DNA of 64,000 nt from an uncultured Gemmatimonadota bacterium (GTDB lineage Bacteria; JAAXHH01). The stretch spans positions 736,001-800,000 of the forward strand of contig OX638340.1 of the NCBI GenBank assembly GCA_951812955.1. Direction: 5' to 3'. Numbering within the stretch: the stretch's first letter is position 1; each line of letters opens with the position of its first letter. Shown one piece after another: positions 56,717-64,000 of the stretch. The position numbers and the translations under genes are program-made. Under the pieces are notes generated by a model. The model had not been told where the DNA came from. It did not search any database and saw only the letters and a program-made list of their open reading frames with translations.

Positions 56717-57210
56717 GGACGCCCCTTCAACGTACGTTCCATGTCCCGCCGGGCGTCCCGTTCCATGATGGTCCGTCTGCGATCGTAATCCCGCTTCCCC
56801 TTGGCCAGGGCGAGTTCCACCTTGGCGCGCCCACGTTTGAAATAGACCCTCATGGGGATGAGGGTAAGCCCCTTTTCAACGACCCGCCCGATCAGCTTGC
56901 GGATTTCAGACCGGTGCAGGAGGAGCTTGCGACGGCGGGTCGGTTCGTGATTGAAGTGACTGCCCTGTTCGTAGGGCGACACGTGAACGTTGTACAGATA
57001 TGCCTCGCCGTTATCGACCGCGGCGTAGCTGTCGGTCAGGTTGATCTTACCCGCCCGAAGCGATTTCACCTCGGTGCCTGTCAGGACGATACCCGCCTCC
57101 CAGGTCTCCAGGAAATGGTAATCATGCCGCGCCTTCCGGTTGGTCACGATAACCTTGATTTCATCGGTCCCGTTGGCGTCTGCGACTGGACGTTCCGATG
57201 CTCTGGCCAT
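56713..57210 (-). CDS. smpB: SsrA-binding protein
   Basis: [29 protein letters not shown]...[12 protein letters not shown] is canonical SmpB. Confidence 0.9.
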   Translation of the reverse strand: MARASERPVADANGTDEIKVIVTNRKARHDYHFLETWEAGIVLTGTEVKSLRAGKINLTDSYAAVDNGEAYLYNVHVSPYEQGSHFNHEPTRRRKLLLHRSEIRKLIGRVVEKGLTLIPMRVYFKRGRAKVELALAKGKRDYDRRRTIMERDARRDMERTLKGRP

Positions 57211-57320
57211 GTCTTCCTCTTACCGACTTGGTCTATCCGATTACCACACTGGCGCTGCTTGACAAATAGCGGCTACCGGAATATATTAATCAGGTTGTAT
57301 TGTGACAAATGGTATATGAT

Positions 57321-57404
57321 GCCGAAGTGGTGGAACTGGTAGACACGCTGTGTTCAGGGCGCAGTGGGCTTTCGCCCGTGAGAGTTCGAATCTCTCCTTC
57401 GGCA
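57321..57404 (+). tRNA. tRNA-Leu (anticodon CAG), class II with a long variable arm; CCA not encoded
   Basis: Folded by hand. Acceptor GCCGAAG/CUUCGGC, D-arm GUGG..., anticodon stem CUGUG/CGCAG with loop UUCAGGG, variable arm GGGC/GCCC, T-arm GAGAG-UUCGAAU-CUCUC, discriminator A. It is alignable with E. coli tRNA-Leu(CAG) as I remember it. Confidence 0.85.
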
Positions 57405-57416
57405 CTTGGTCAGATC

Positions 57417-57446
57417 GCCCGCGTGAATTCATGCGGGTTTTTTATT
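57417..57446 (+). terminator. Rho-independent terminator after tRNA-Leu
   Basis: CCCGCgtgaattcatGCGGG hairpin followed by TTTTTTATTT. Confidence 0.6.
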
Positions 57447-57471
57447 TGGATGGATGATCGAAGAGGGGCGC

Positions 57472-57918
57472 TCAGGCCCCATCCGGACGCTTGTCCCTGA
57501 TCCAGTGTGCGTATCGTTTCGGGTCGATCCGGATCACATCCAGGGGTTCCACGGACACCTGGGAAGCCCACTGCCAGGGATCGACCTGTTCGAATGTATC
57601 GGAGGGCAGGACGTACACGTAGCCCGGCCTGTCCAGGTCGAGCAAACCGGCCTCGAGGTCGATTCGGGGCTCGATGTCCTCATTCAGATCCTCCGGCCGT
57701 TCTATACCGAGATCCATGCCGAAACTGAATCCTCCGTTTTCGTTCGGCAGAATCGGGATCGAAAAGGCGATGGCGAGTTTCTTCAGGTGGGTGGCATAGA
57801 CCGCGGTAAGCTGGTCTTCTTCCGATCCTACCCCGTGCGCGGGCCTGGGTTCCAGGCGAGATAGTTTCTCCGCGGTGCCGTGGTAGAGTAATGAGGGTTT
57901 TGGGGGCTGTGCGCTCAT
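57472..57918 (-). CDS. hypothetical protein (148 aa)
   Basis: GC3-biased, with a 4-bp overlap with the upstream gene. No confident family. Confidence 0.45.
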   Translation of the reverse strand: MSAQPPKPSLLYHGTAEKLSRLEPRPAHGVGSEEDQLTAVYATHLKKLAIAFSIPILPNENGGFSFGMDLGIERPEDLNEDIEPRIDLEAGLLDLDRPGYVYVLPSDTFEQVDPWQWASQVSVEPLDVIRIDPKRYAHWIRDKRPDGA

Positions 57919-58304
57919 GGAGGCTCCATACCTTCTCGCGCTATGATGGACTCGAAGAACTGTTCCTGGAACGCCGTGAGGCCGCGGATTTGTTCATCGG
58001 TGAGGTTTTCACCAGCGGGCACGACGATGAGCTTGTCGTCCGCGTCATCCGTTCGCTGAATCACCGCGATACATCGTCCCGTAAAGTACGCAACCGGCAT
58101 GTCCACGCCCAACACATAGGCATCCAGTTCTTCGCCGTCCAGTCCCGTCACGCCGGGAACGAAACCGTAGTTCACCGGGTAGATGAAACCATGTTCAGGG
58201 TGCCGGGAACCCTGCGGACGGTCTATACGGACTCCAATGGTTTTACCGATGAACATCCGGGGGTCGACACTTGAGGTACGAGCCATTCGCTGTTTTTCAT
58301 GCAT
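57915..58304 (-). CDS. short inorganic-pyrophosphatase-like protein (family I PPase core, 129 aa)
   Basis: YPVNYGFVPGVTGLDGEELDAYVLG...KLIVVP...QFFE aligns with E. coli Ppa [23 protein letters not shown]...KLVAVP...HFFE. It lacks the ~40 N-terminal and ~45 C-terminal residues. Confidence 0.5.
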   Translation of the reverse strand: MHEKQRMARTSSVDPRMFIGKTIGVRIDRPQGSRHPEHGFIYPVNYGFVPGVTGLDGEELDAYVLGVDMPVAYFTGRCIAVIQRTDDADDKLIVVPAGENLTDEQIRGLTAFQEQFFESIIAREGMEPP

Positions 58305-58397
58305 AGTAGGGGTTTCTTAGACAGGCAGTATCTTTACATCAGCCCGGTCCCTGACTGATTTTATACTAACCCAATGTACAAACAGAGTCAATAATCG

Positions 58398-59594
58398 ATG
58401 CGATCCGGATCCCTGGCCGACTTCAGCATCCTCCTGTCCCTCTGGTTCATGATGTTTGCTGCCAGCAGCCAGACGATGATCATGACGCCGTTGATGCCTA
58501 TTGTCCAGGCGCAGTTCGATGTCCCACCGGAATACCTGGGAACCCTGATCACGGCCTACGCCGTCATGCTGGGCATATGTGCGCTGATCACGGGGCCCCT
58601 GTCGGATGCGGTCGGTAGGCGGCGTATTCTGATGATCGGCACAGGCGCCATGTGCGGTACCCTGTTCCTGCACAGCTTCGTTACGGACTACCTGTCGCTG
58701 CTGCTGGTCAGGGCGGTGTCCGGGATGGCCGCCGGCGTGCTGAGCGGGGTGGCGCCAGCCTATATCGGGGATCACTTCCCATCCGAAAGGCGGGGGTGGG
58801 CTAACGGGGTGGTCATGACCGCCATCGCGTTCGGGCAGATCGTGGGTATCCCGGCCGGCACCCTCCTGACCGATCGCTACGATTTCGCCACGGCCTTCAT
58901 TTTCTTCACCATACCCATGGCGCTTTCATTCGTCCTGGTCGGCACGCTGACCCGGCAGCCCGCCGTCGCTCGGACGCGGCTGACTTCTTTAGGGTCGGTC
59001 GTACAAAACTACGCTAACATGTTCAAGGCGCCGGCGACCGCGGCGGCCGTAGGCGCCTATTGCATCATGTTCACGGGGATCGCATTCTACGTCATCTACC
59101 TCGTCGTGTGGATGAAGGATACATTCGGGGTATCGGGCGACGCGGTGGCGTCCCTTTTCGTAGTCTCCGGCATCGCCAGCGTGATCGTCGGACCCTGGGC
59201 AGGCAGGTTGTCCGACCGGTTCGGGCGTAAATTCATGGTCGCAGGCGCATGCGCGGGGCTCTTTGTCCTCATGTCCCTGACAACGACCATCATGGCTGAA
59301 TTCTGGATGGCCTATCCGCTTTTCTTCACCATCATGGTACTCGTGTCCGCCCGGATGGGGCCTTTCCAGGCGCTGCTATCCGAAATCGTGCCGGCGCAAC
59401 GGCGAGGTTCGCTGATGAGTCTGAGTATCGCGACCGGTCAGCTGGCCATGGGGATCTGCAGCGCGGCCGCGGGTATCGTATATATCGAGTTGGGCTACTT
59501 TTTCAGCTCGGCCCTGGGAGGCACGGGTATGCTCGCCATGGGATATCTCGTATGGCGATATATACCGGAGACGCGTGGGGTATCGAGGAGATAA
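58398..59594 (+). CDS. MFS transporter
   Basis: 12 predicted TM helices, and the MFS loop motif GPLSDAVGRRR. Confidence 0.7.
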   Translation: MRSGSLADFSILLSLWFMMFAASSQTMIMTPLMPIVQAQFDVPPEYLGTLITAYAVMLGICALITGPLSDAVGRRRILMIGTGAMCGTLFLHSFVTDYLSLLLVRAVSGMAAGVLSGVAPAYIGDHFPSERRGWANGVVMTAIAFGQIVGIPAGTLLTDRYDFATAFIFFTIPMALSFVLVGTLTRQPAVARTRLTSLGSVVQNYANMFKAPATAAAVGAYCIMFTGIAFYVIYLVVWMKDTFGVSGDAVASLFVVSGIASVIVGPWAGRLSDRFGRKFMVAGACAGLFVLMSLTTTIMAEFWMAYPLFFTIMVLVSARMGPFQALLSEIVPAQRRGSLMSLSIATGQLAMGICSAAAGIVYIELGYFFSSALGGTGMLAMGYLVWRYIPETRGVSRR

Positions 59595-59653
59595 TACGGT
59601 CGACAGTTCCTGGTGTCGGCGGGCAACGCAGTTTCGGTATGCAACCTGCCGGA

Positions 59654-60469
59654 TCAGGCCGACTCCGAGTGGATCGAATCCACGAACTCGGCGACGACTT
59701 CGTTGAACCGGTCCGATTCTTCGTAGAACAGTACATGACCGCTCTGGTCGAAGATTTCCATACGCGCGCCGGGAATATGTTCGTGCATGTACTTACAGCC
59801 CGGAAAGGCTCCGCTTCGGCCGCCCGTCGTTATGAGAACCGGTAAATCGATGGAAGGCAGCAGGGGACGCCAGTCCTGCGCCCGATAATCGGGGCCGAGC
59901 GTCACGCCCTGGGCGGGTGTGTTCTCGCTGCTCTCCGCCAAAAGCCGGTCCAGTTCGTCATCGGAGACGTCGCAGGAGACGAACATCTTGCGGAGTTCCC
60001 AGCGTTTGCGCTCGGCCTCGTCCTTCGGCGGCGACGCGGTGCCGGGTTCAGGTGGGCCGTGCACTTCGATGCTGGGCACTTCGTCGACCAGTACGACGCC
60101 TTTCAGCCGGTAATCGCGGAACAGTTCGATGTAGGAGAGAACGGTCCTGGCGCCGATGGACCAGCCCACGAGGGTGACGTCATCGAGTTCGAGCGTCTCG
60201 ATGATCTGCCGCACGTCCATGGCGTACCGGGCGGTACGATGGCCCCAGGGCGTCTTGTCCGATCTGCCGTTGCCGCGGGTATCGGCGGCGATGACCCGGA
60301 ATCGCCGGCTCAGTGCCGGTACCTGCCTGCTCCACCAGCCCAAGCTCAGTCCGCCGCCGTGGATCAGAAAAACAGGCTTCCCAGAACCGGAATCTTCATA
60401 GTAGAGGCGGACGCCGTCGTTGGCTCTGACAAATCCTGCGCGTTTTTCCAATGCCAGAATTCCTCCCAT
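59654..60469 (-). CDS. alpha/beta-fold hydrolase
   Basis: HGGG...GWSIGA nucleophile elbow (GxSxG) plus HG oxyanion motifs. Confidence 0.8.
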   Translation of the reverse strand: MGGILALEKRAGFVRANDGVRLYYEDSGSGKPVFLIHGGGLSLGWWSRQVPALSRRFRVIAADTRGNGRSDKTPWGHRTARYAMDVRQIIETLELDDVTLVGWSIGARTVLSYIELFRDYRLKGVVLVDEVPSIEVHGPPEPGTASPPKDEAERKRWELRKMFVSCDVSDDELDRLLAESSENTPAQGVTLGPDYRAQDWRPLLPSIDLPVLITTGGRSGAFPGCKYMHEHIPGARMEIFDQSGHVLFYEESDRFNEVVAEFVDSIHSESA

Positions 60470-60508
60470 CAGCTTCGTTTCTCCAAGGTCCGATTTCCTC
60501 CCGCGGCC

Positions 60509-61690
60509 TCAGTTTGCCCTGGATTCGACGCCGATCCCGTCCACTATCCGCGGGTTCGGGTGCAGTATGACGATATCCCCGGCCGCTATGCCTTCGAGGA
60601 TTTCGGCCTCTGTTCCGTTCTGTTGTCCGACGGACACCCCGATAGTTCTGGCTTCACCGTCTTCGACCACGAATACGCCCCAGTCTTCACCGACCCTGAA
60701 GAGGGCGCTGGTCGGGATCTTGAGTACCTCTGGTTGCTCCCAGACGACGATGCGTCCCGTGACCCGGTAACCGTCTCCCAGCACGGGCGGGGTTTCCTCG
60801 AGATCAACGATCACGTTTACCCGTTGTTCGTCCACGCCCAGAGCGGATACCTGCGTGAACGCTGCCGGCTCGACACGGCTCACCTTACCGATCAGCGGAT
60901 CTGGTCCTCCCCACTCCTCTATCCATACCGTCTGGCCGACGTCGACCCGAACGGCATCGGTGGATAACACATCAATCATTACTTCCATGTCGCTGGGATC
61001 GCCCACCTCCAGCAGGGGCGTACCCGCTACGACCACCCGTTCGCTTTCTTCGATAATCCGCAGCACCTGTCCATCAACCGGTGCGGAGACGGAGAGGATG
61101 GCCTTCGCGTCGCCTCGCTCCTCCCGCAGGGCCAGCAAGGCCGCCTGGACGACCTCCTGTTCGGATACGGCAGCACGGTGACGGAAGAGGGAGGATTCCA
61201 GCGTCCGTTCGGCGACCGTCGCGGCGTGCACGGCGCGTTCCAGCCGCTCTCTCGAGATGCTGCCGCTCGCGGCGAGTTTCTCCGCCCTTTCGCGGCCGCG
61301 GACGGCTTCTTCCTGCTCGACCCGAGCACGGGCGACGTTCGCCTCGGCCTCGCGGACCAGGGCTTCGGCGGTCTCGATACGGGCGCGGGCTTCGGCGGAC
61401 TCCCGGGAACCCAGGGGCGAGGGCGTAATGCGGGCCAGTTCTTGCCCACTGGCTACCCGGTCGCCTTCTTTCCATTCCGGCCGGGCGAGCCTGCCGGACG
61501 CCGGCGCCGTGATCAGATAGCGTTGCTTTACCCGGGTACGACCCTCTTCGCTGATCGCCACGCGCATGGGTCCGACTGCCGCGGTTCCCGTATCAACCAG
61601 CAACGGAGAAGGCATGAAAGCGCGGACGAGGAGTACCAGGACGACGGCAACGATCACCAGGAACACAACGTGCTTGCGACGTAGTTTCAT
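60509..61690 (-). CDS. HlyD-family periplasmic adaptor (membrane fusion protein, MacA-like)
   Basis: N-terminal TM, a long Ala/Glu/Arg-rich coiled coil, and a C-terminal beta-barrel region. Confidence 0.8.
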   Translation of the reverse strand: MKLRRKHVVFLVIVAVVLVLLVRAFMPSPLLVDTGTAAVGPMRVAISEEGRTRVKQRYLITAPASGRLARPEWKEGDRVASGQELARITPSPLGSRESAEARARIETAEALVREAEANVARARVEQEEAVRGRERAEKLAASGSISRERLERAVHAATVAERTLESSLFRHRAAVSEQEVVQAALLALREERGDAKAILSVSAPVDGQVLRIIEESERVVVAGTPLLEVGDPSDMEVMIDVLSTDAVRVDVGQTVWIEEWGGPDPLIGKVSRVEPAAFTQVSALGVDEQRVNVIVDLEETPPVLGDGYRVTGRIVVWEQPEVLKIPTSALFRVGEDWGVFVVEDGEARTIGVSVGQQNGTEAEILEGIAAGDIVILHPNPRIVDGIGVESRAN

Positions 61691-61703
61691 TTCGGCCCCT
61701 CGC

Positions 61704-63998
61704 TTATTCCTGTATTTTCAACACGCCGATCATATCGAGGTGGCGCAGTTGTCTGTGAACCAGGTACGCGGACACCACGGCCGCCGCCGAAACGACCAGG
61801 AATGCGAACCCGTAGGTCTTTCCCGTGATGACCAGGGGCATCCTGTACAGCTCCTGGGCCGTGGCGTCCACGGCAAGATAACATAAACCCCACCCGATTA
61901 AAAATCCAATCGGTATCGCCATGAGGGTAACGATGGCCTGTTCGCCCAGGAGGACGACCGATATCTCCCGTTCCGTGAATCCGAGCACGCGCAGGCTTGC
62001 CATCTCGCGGTTTCGTTCCGCCAGGGCGATGCGGGCGCCGTTGTACACCATGCCGCAGGCGATGATGCACGCGAATACGGTCAGCGTAAACGTGGTGGCG
62101 CTCGTGCTTTCGGCGATGGAGTCTTCAAATCCCTTGATCACTGCCTCGCGGACGGCGACACCCGCCACGGCCGGCGTCTCTTTCAGCGTACGGTACAACG
62201 CCTCCGCCTGAAGCGGATCAACGGACAGATACGCGCCGGATATCGTGGTGCCCTCTCCGAGGAATCGGTTCAACGCGCGGTTATCCATGTAGGCGGATAT
62301 GCCGATCAATTCATCGACGAGCAGGGATACCGGTAACCGTCCGCGCATCCTTGAACCTTCCAGGACTTCGACGGCGACCATGTCGCCCTCCCGGACCGCC
62401 AGGAGATCGGCCAGCGTCCTGGTCAATACGATACCTTCCGGGGGCATGGGCAGGATCCGTCCATCCCGGTCGATCAACTGCCTCAACTCACCGGCCGGGT
62501 CTAGTCCGTTGATGGCCGTCTGCTTCATGCGATGTCCCGACCGGAGCCTGACGGGCACAGCGCGGTAGGGTTCGGAGCGGACGACCCCGGGGAGATGGGC
62601 CAGTTCGAAACGGGCCCTCGCGGGACGCGGTCCGGCGAACACGACCGCGGCGTCTTCGCGCTGGACGGTGCGGAACTGGTAGTCGATCAGGTACTCGATC
62701 GAGTCGAAGGTAAACCGTCCCATGACAAGGATCGCCACGGCCATGGCGATACCGAAAGCGGAAAGCACGGTCTTAACCGGCTTACGTTCCATGTTGCGAA
62801 AGATCATTCTCCATACGGGGGAGAGCATTCGATGCACGCCCAGGCGTTCCATCGCCAGCGGTCTGAAGTGGGCGGGAGCGTCCGGCCGCATCGCTTCGGC
62901 GGGAGGTAGAGCCATGGCCGACCGCAGCGCGTGGAGCGTGCCAAGGAACGCGGCGGAAACACTGATAAGCGCGGCCAGGGTGATGACCTCGAAATTCAAC
63001 GCGTAGACCAGGTCGGGGAAACGGTAATAGTCCTGGTACAACGCGGTGAGCGGCCTGCCGATCAGGAAGCCGCCCACGATGCCGAGGAGCGTGCCGCCGG
63101 ATACGGCCAGGAAGGCGAATTTCAGGTAATGCCATCCGATCGTCAGGTTACGGTACCCGAAGGCCTTCATGATGGCGATCTGATCTCGCTGGGCCCGAAC
63201 CATCCGGGAAAACACGATGTGCAACAGCAGCGCTGCGATTCCGAGAAAAACGGCCGGTGTGAAGTTGCTGGATACGCTCAAGCCAATGATTTCATCCATA
63301 AGAAACCGATGGGAGATCTGGCTGTCTCTGCCATAGGCGCCTGTACTCCCATAGGGCTCGAGTACGAGATCCATCCGGTCGATCACGTCCCGCTCGCTCG
63401 CCTCGGACGACAGGGCGGCCGACAGATCGTTGAATCCGCCCTCCATGTCGAAGGCCGCGCCCAGGGCGTCTCTGGCCATCCAGATCACGCCGAAGCGGAG
63501 GTTGTCCGGGAAGATGGATCCGGTGCCCTGCACTTCGTATACGTACTCGGGCGACAGACCTATACCGACGACGTGCAGCGCTTTCTGCCGGCCGTTGATG
63601 ACCGCCCCGATCCGGTCGCCGGGCGTCAGTCCGTTGGCCTCCGCGAAGGCTTCGCTGATGATGACCTCATCCGGCCTGCCGATCGCCGGATATCGGCCCG
63701 CCTGGATCGCCACATCGTTGAGCACCGGCCTGCGCCGTTCGGGCATGGAAACCAACCGGCCGGTCGCGGGTTCATCCAGACCGGGAACGTCCAGGTTTAC
63801 GTCCATCACGATCCGCGTGCGGACCCTGGAAACACCGGGAATCCTTGCGATTTCCTCCGCGGTGGAGGCCGGCGCCCGTTTAACGCCGGCAAATACATCG
63901 GCGAACCGGTAAAGAGCGTAGTAGGATTCCTGGGACTGCAGGAGGGAGATATAGGTATGGCGCGAGGAGACGTAAAGCATGATTCCGCAGGCCATCAC
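61704..63998 (-). CDS. FtsX-family ABC transporter permease with two FtsX domains (MacB-like); the N-terminus is probably beyond the window
   Basis: Two ~4-TM FtsX-like halves, each following a large periplasmic loop. The track ORF's first Met is 2 nt from the window end, so the true start is likely outside. Confidence 0.7.
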   Translation of the reverse strand: MMACGIMLYVSSRHTYISLLQSQESYYALYRFADVFAGVKRAPASTAEEIARIPGVSRVRTRIVMDVNLDVPGLDEPATGRLVSMPERRRPVLNDVAIQAGRYPAIGRPDEVIISEAFAEANGLTPGDRIGAVINGRQKALHVVGIGLSPEYVYEVQGTGSIFPDNLRFGVIWMARDALGAAFDMEGGFNDLSAALSSEASERDVIDRMDLVLEPYGSTGAYGRDSQISHRFLMDEIIGLSVSSNFTPAVFLGIAALLLHIVFSRMVRAQRDQIAIMKAFGYRNLTIGWHYLKFAFLAVSGGTLLGIVGGFLIGRPLTALYQDYYRFPDLVYALNFEVITLAALISVSAAFLGTLHALRSAMALPPAEAMRPDAPAHFRPLAMERLGVHRMLSPVWRMIFRNMERKPVKTVLSAFGIAMAVAILVMGRFTFDSIEYLIDYQFRTVQREDAAVVFAGPRPARARFELAHLPGVVRSEPYRAVPVRLRSGHRMKQTAINGLDPAGELRQLIDRDGRILPMPPEGIVLTRTLADLLAVREGDMVAVEVLEGSRMRGRLPVSLLVDELIGISAYMDNRALNRFLGEGTTISGAYLSVDPLQAEALYRTLKETPAVAGVAVREAVIKGFEDSIAESTSATTFTLTVFACIIACGMVYNGARIALAERNREMASLRVLGFTEREISVVLLGEQAIVTLMAIPIGFLIGWGLCYLAVDATAQELYRMPLVITGKTYGFAFLVVSAAAVVSAYLVHRQLRHLDMIGVLKIQE

Positions 63999-64000
63999 CA

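Noticed and set aside
57472-57918. Tpt1/KptA-like (RNA 2'-phosphotransferase) assignment for the 148-aa protein, based on an LYHGT pentapeptide
   Set aside because: It is a single short motif at the wrong relative position, with no other Tpt1 signature (the R-H-R-R tetrad), so it is insufficient.
1-64000. CRISPR arrays, rRNA genes, transposases/integrases
   Set aside because: No regularly spaced repeats of 25-40 bp, no rRNA-like stretches, and no transposase or integrase motifs were seen on either strand.

Overview
This is a high-GC (roughly 60-65% by eye) bacterial chromosomal window, gene-dense on both strands. The high GC produces many antisense shadow ORFs in the six-frame track; I treat those as non-coding. 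All calls rest on reading motifs in the translated ORFs, because no searches were possible.

One protein carries a GWxTD-type signature and another a BatA-type N-terminal double-transmembrane plus VWA architecture. Together with the Gram-negative envelope genes present (Mpl, heptosyltransferase, HlyD and FtsX-family efflux), this points to an uncultured Gram-negative lineage, possibly the FCB group or Gemmatimonadota. That assignment is low confidence.

Content runs 5' to 3' as follows.

- **Window start:** a heptosyltransferase fragment (partial), tsaC and purD, all on the minus strand.
- **Envelope-remodelling candidate operon (3.3-11.7 kb):** CtpA (S41 protease), a 1129-aa membrane coiled-coil protein, a TPR protein and Mpl.
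- **Minus-strand block (11.7-16.3 kb):** a two-domain GNAT, two tandem paralogous small membrane proteins, a Tat-signal class V aminotransferase and an SDR oxidoreductase.
- **Catabolic cluster (16.5-21.7 kb):** an Ldh2-family dehydrogenase, a NUDIX hydrolase, a TIM-barrel sugar-phosphate isomerase-like protein, two tandem PhyH-type dioxygenases and a D-2-hydroxyacid dehydrogenase.
- **21.9-30.8 kb:** a GWxTD protein, HflX, a BatA-like VWA membrane protein, carA, a B12-binding radical SAM protein with a long C-terminal extension, and a DUF1330 protein.
- **Low-GC island (~30.8-33.1 kb):** an orphan HigA-like antitoxin interrupted by an in-frame TGA, and a secreted M48 metallopeptidase.
- **33.1-46.8 kb:** a signal-less Cys-type sulfatase; a threonine dehydratase, NTF2-like protein and D-serine-dehydratase-like (DSD1) PLP enzyme; a 985-aa UvrD-type helicase with an N-terminal DUF559 (Vsr-like) endonuclease domain; then galM, an SDR, a Tat Moco oxidoreductase, rfbB, a GT2 glycosyltransferase and uppP.
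- **46.9-55.1 kb:** two UVR-motif proteins (one a BFN/DUF151 nuclease), an MFS transporter, an SDR, an enolase-superfamily enzyme, uxuA and a cupin.
- **Window end:** a smpB operon with a membrane protein and a lipoprotein, tRNA-Leu(CAG) with a terminator, a short pyrophosphatase-like gene plus a hypothetical gene, an MFS transporter, an alpha/beta hydrolase, and an HlyD plus FtsX-family efflux pair.

Repeats include a 9-bp x4 microsatellite, a 16-bp x4.5 intergenic tandem repeat, an in-frame 18-bp duplication inside a CDS, and several palindromes or direct repeats in promoter regions. No CRISPR array, rRNA or transposase was seen.
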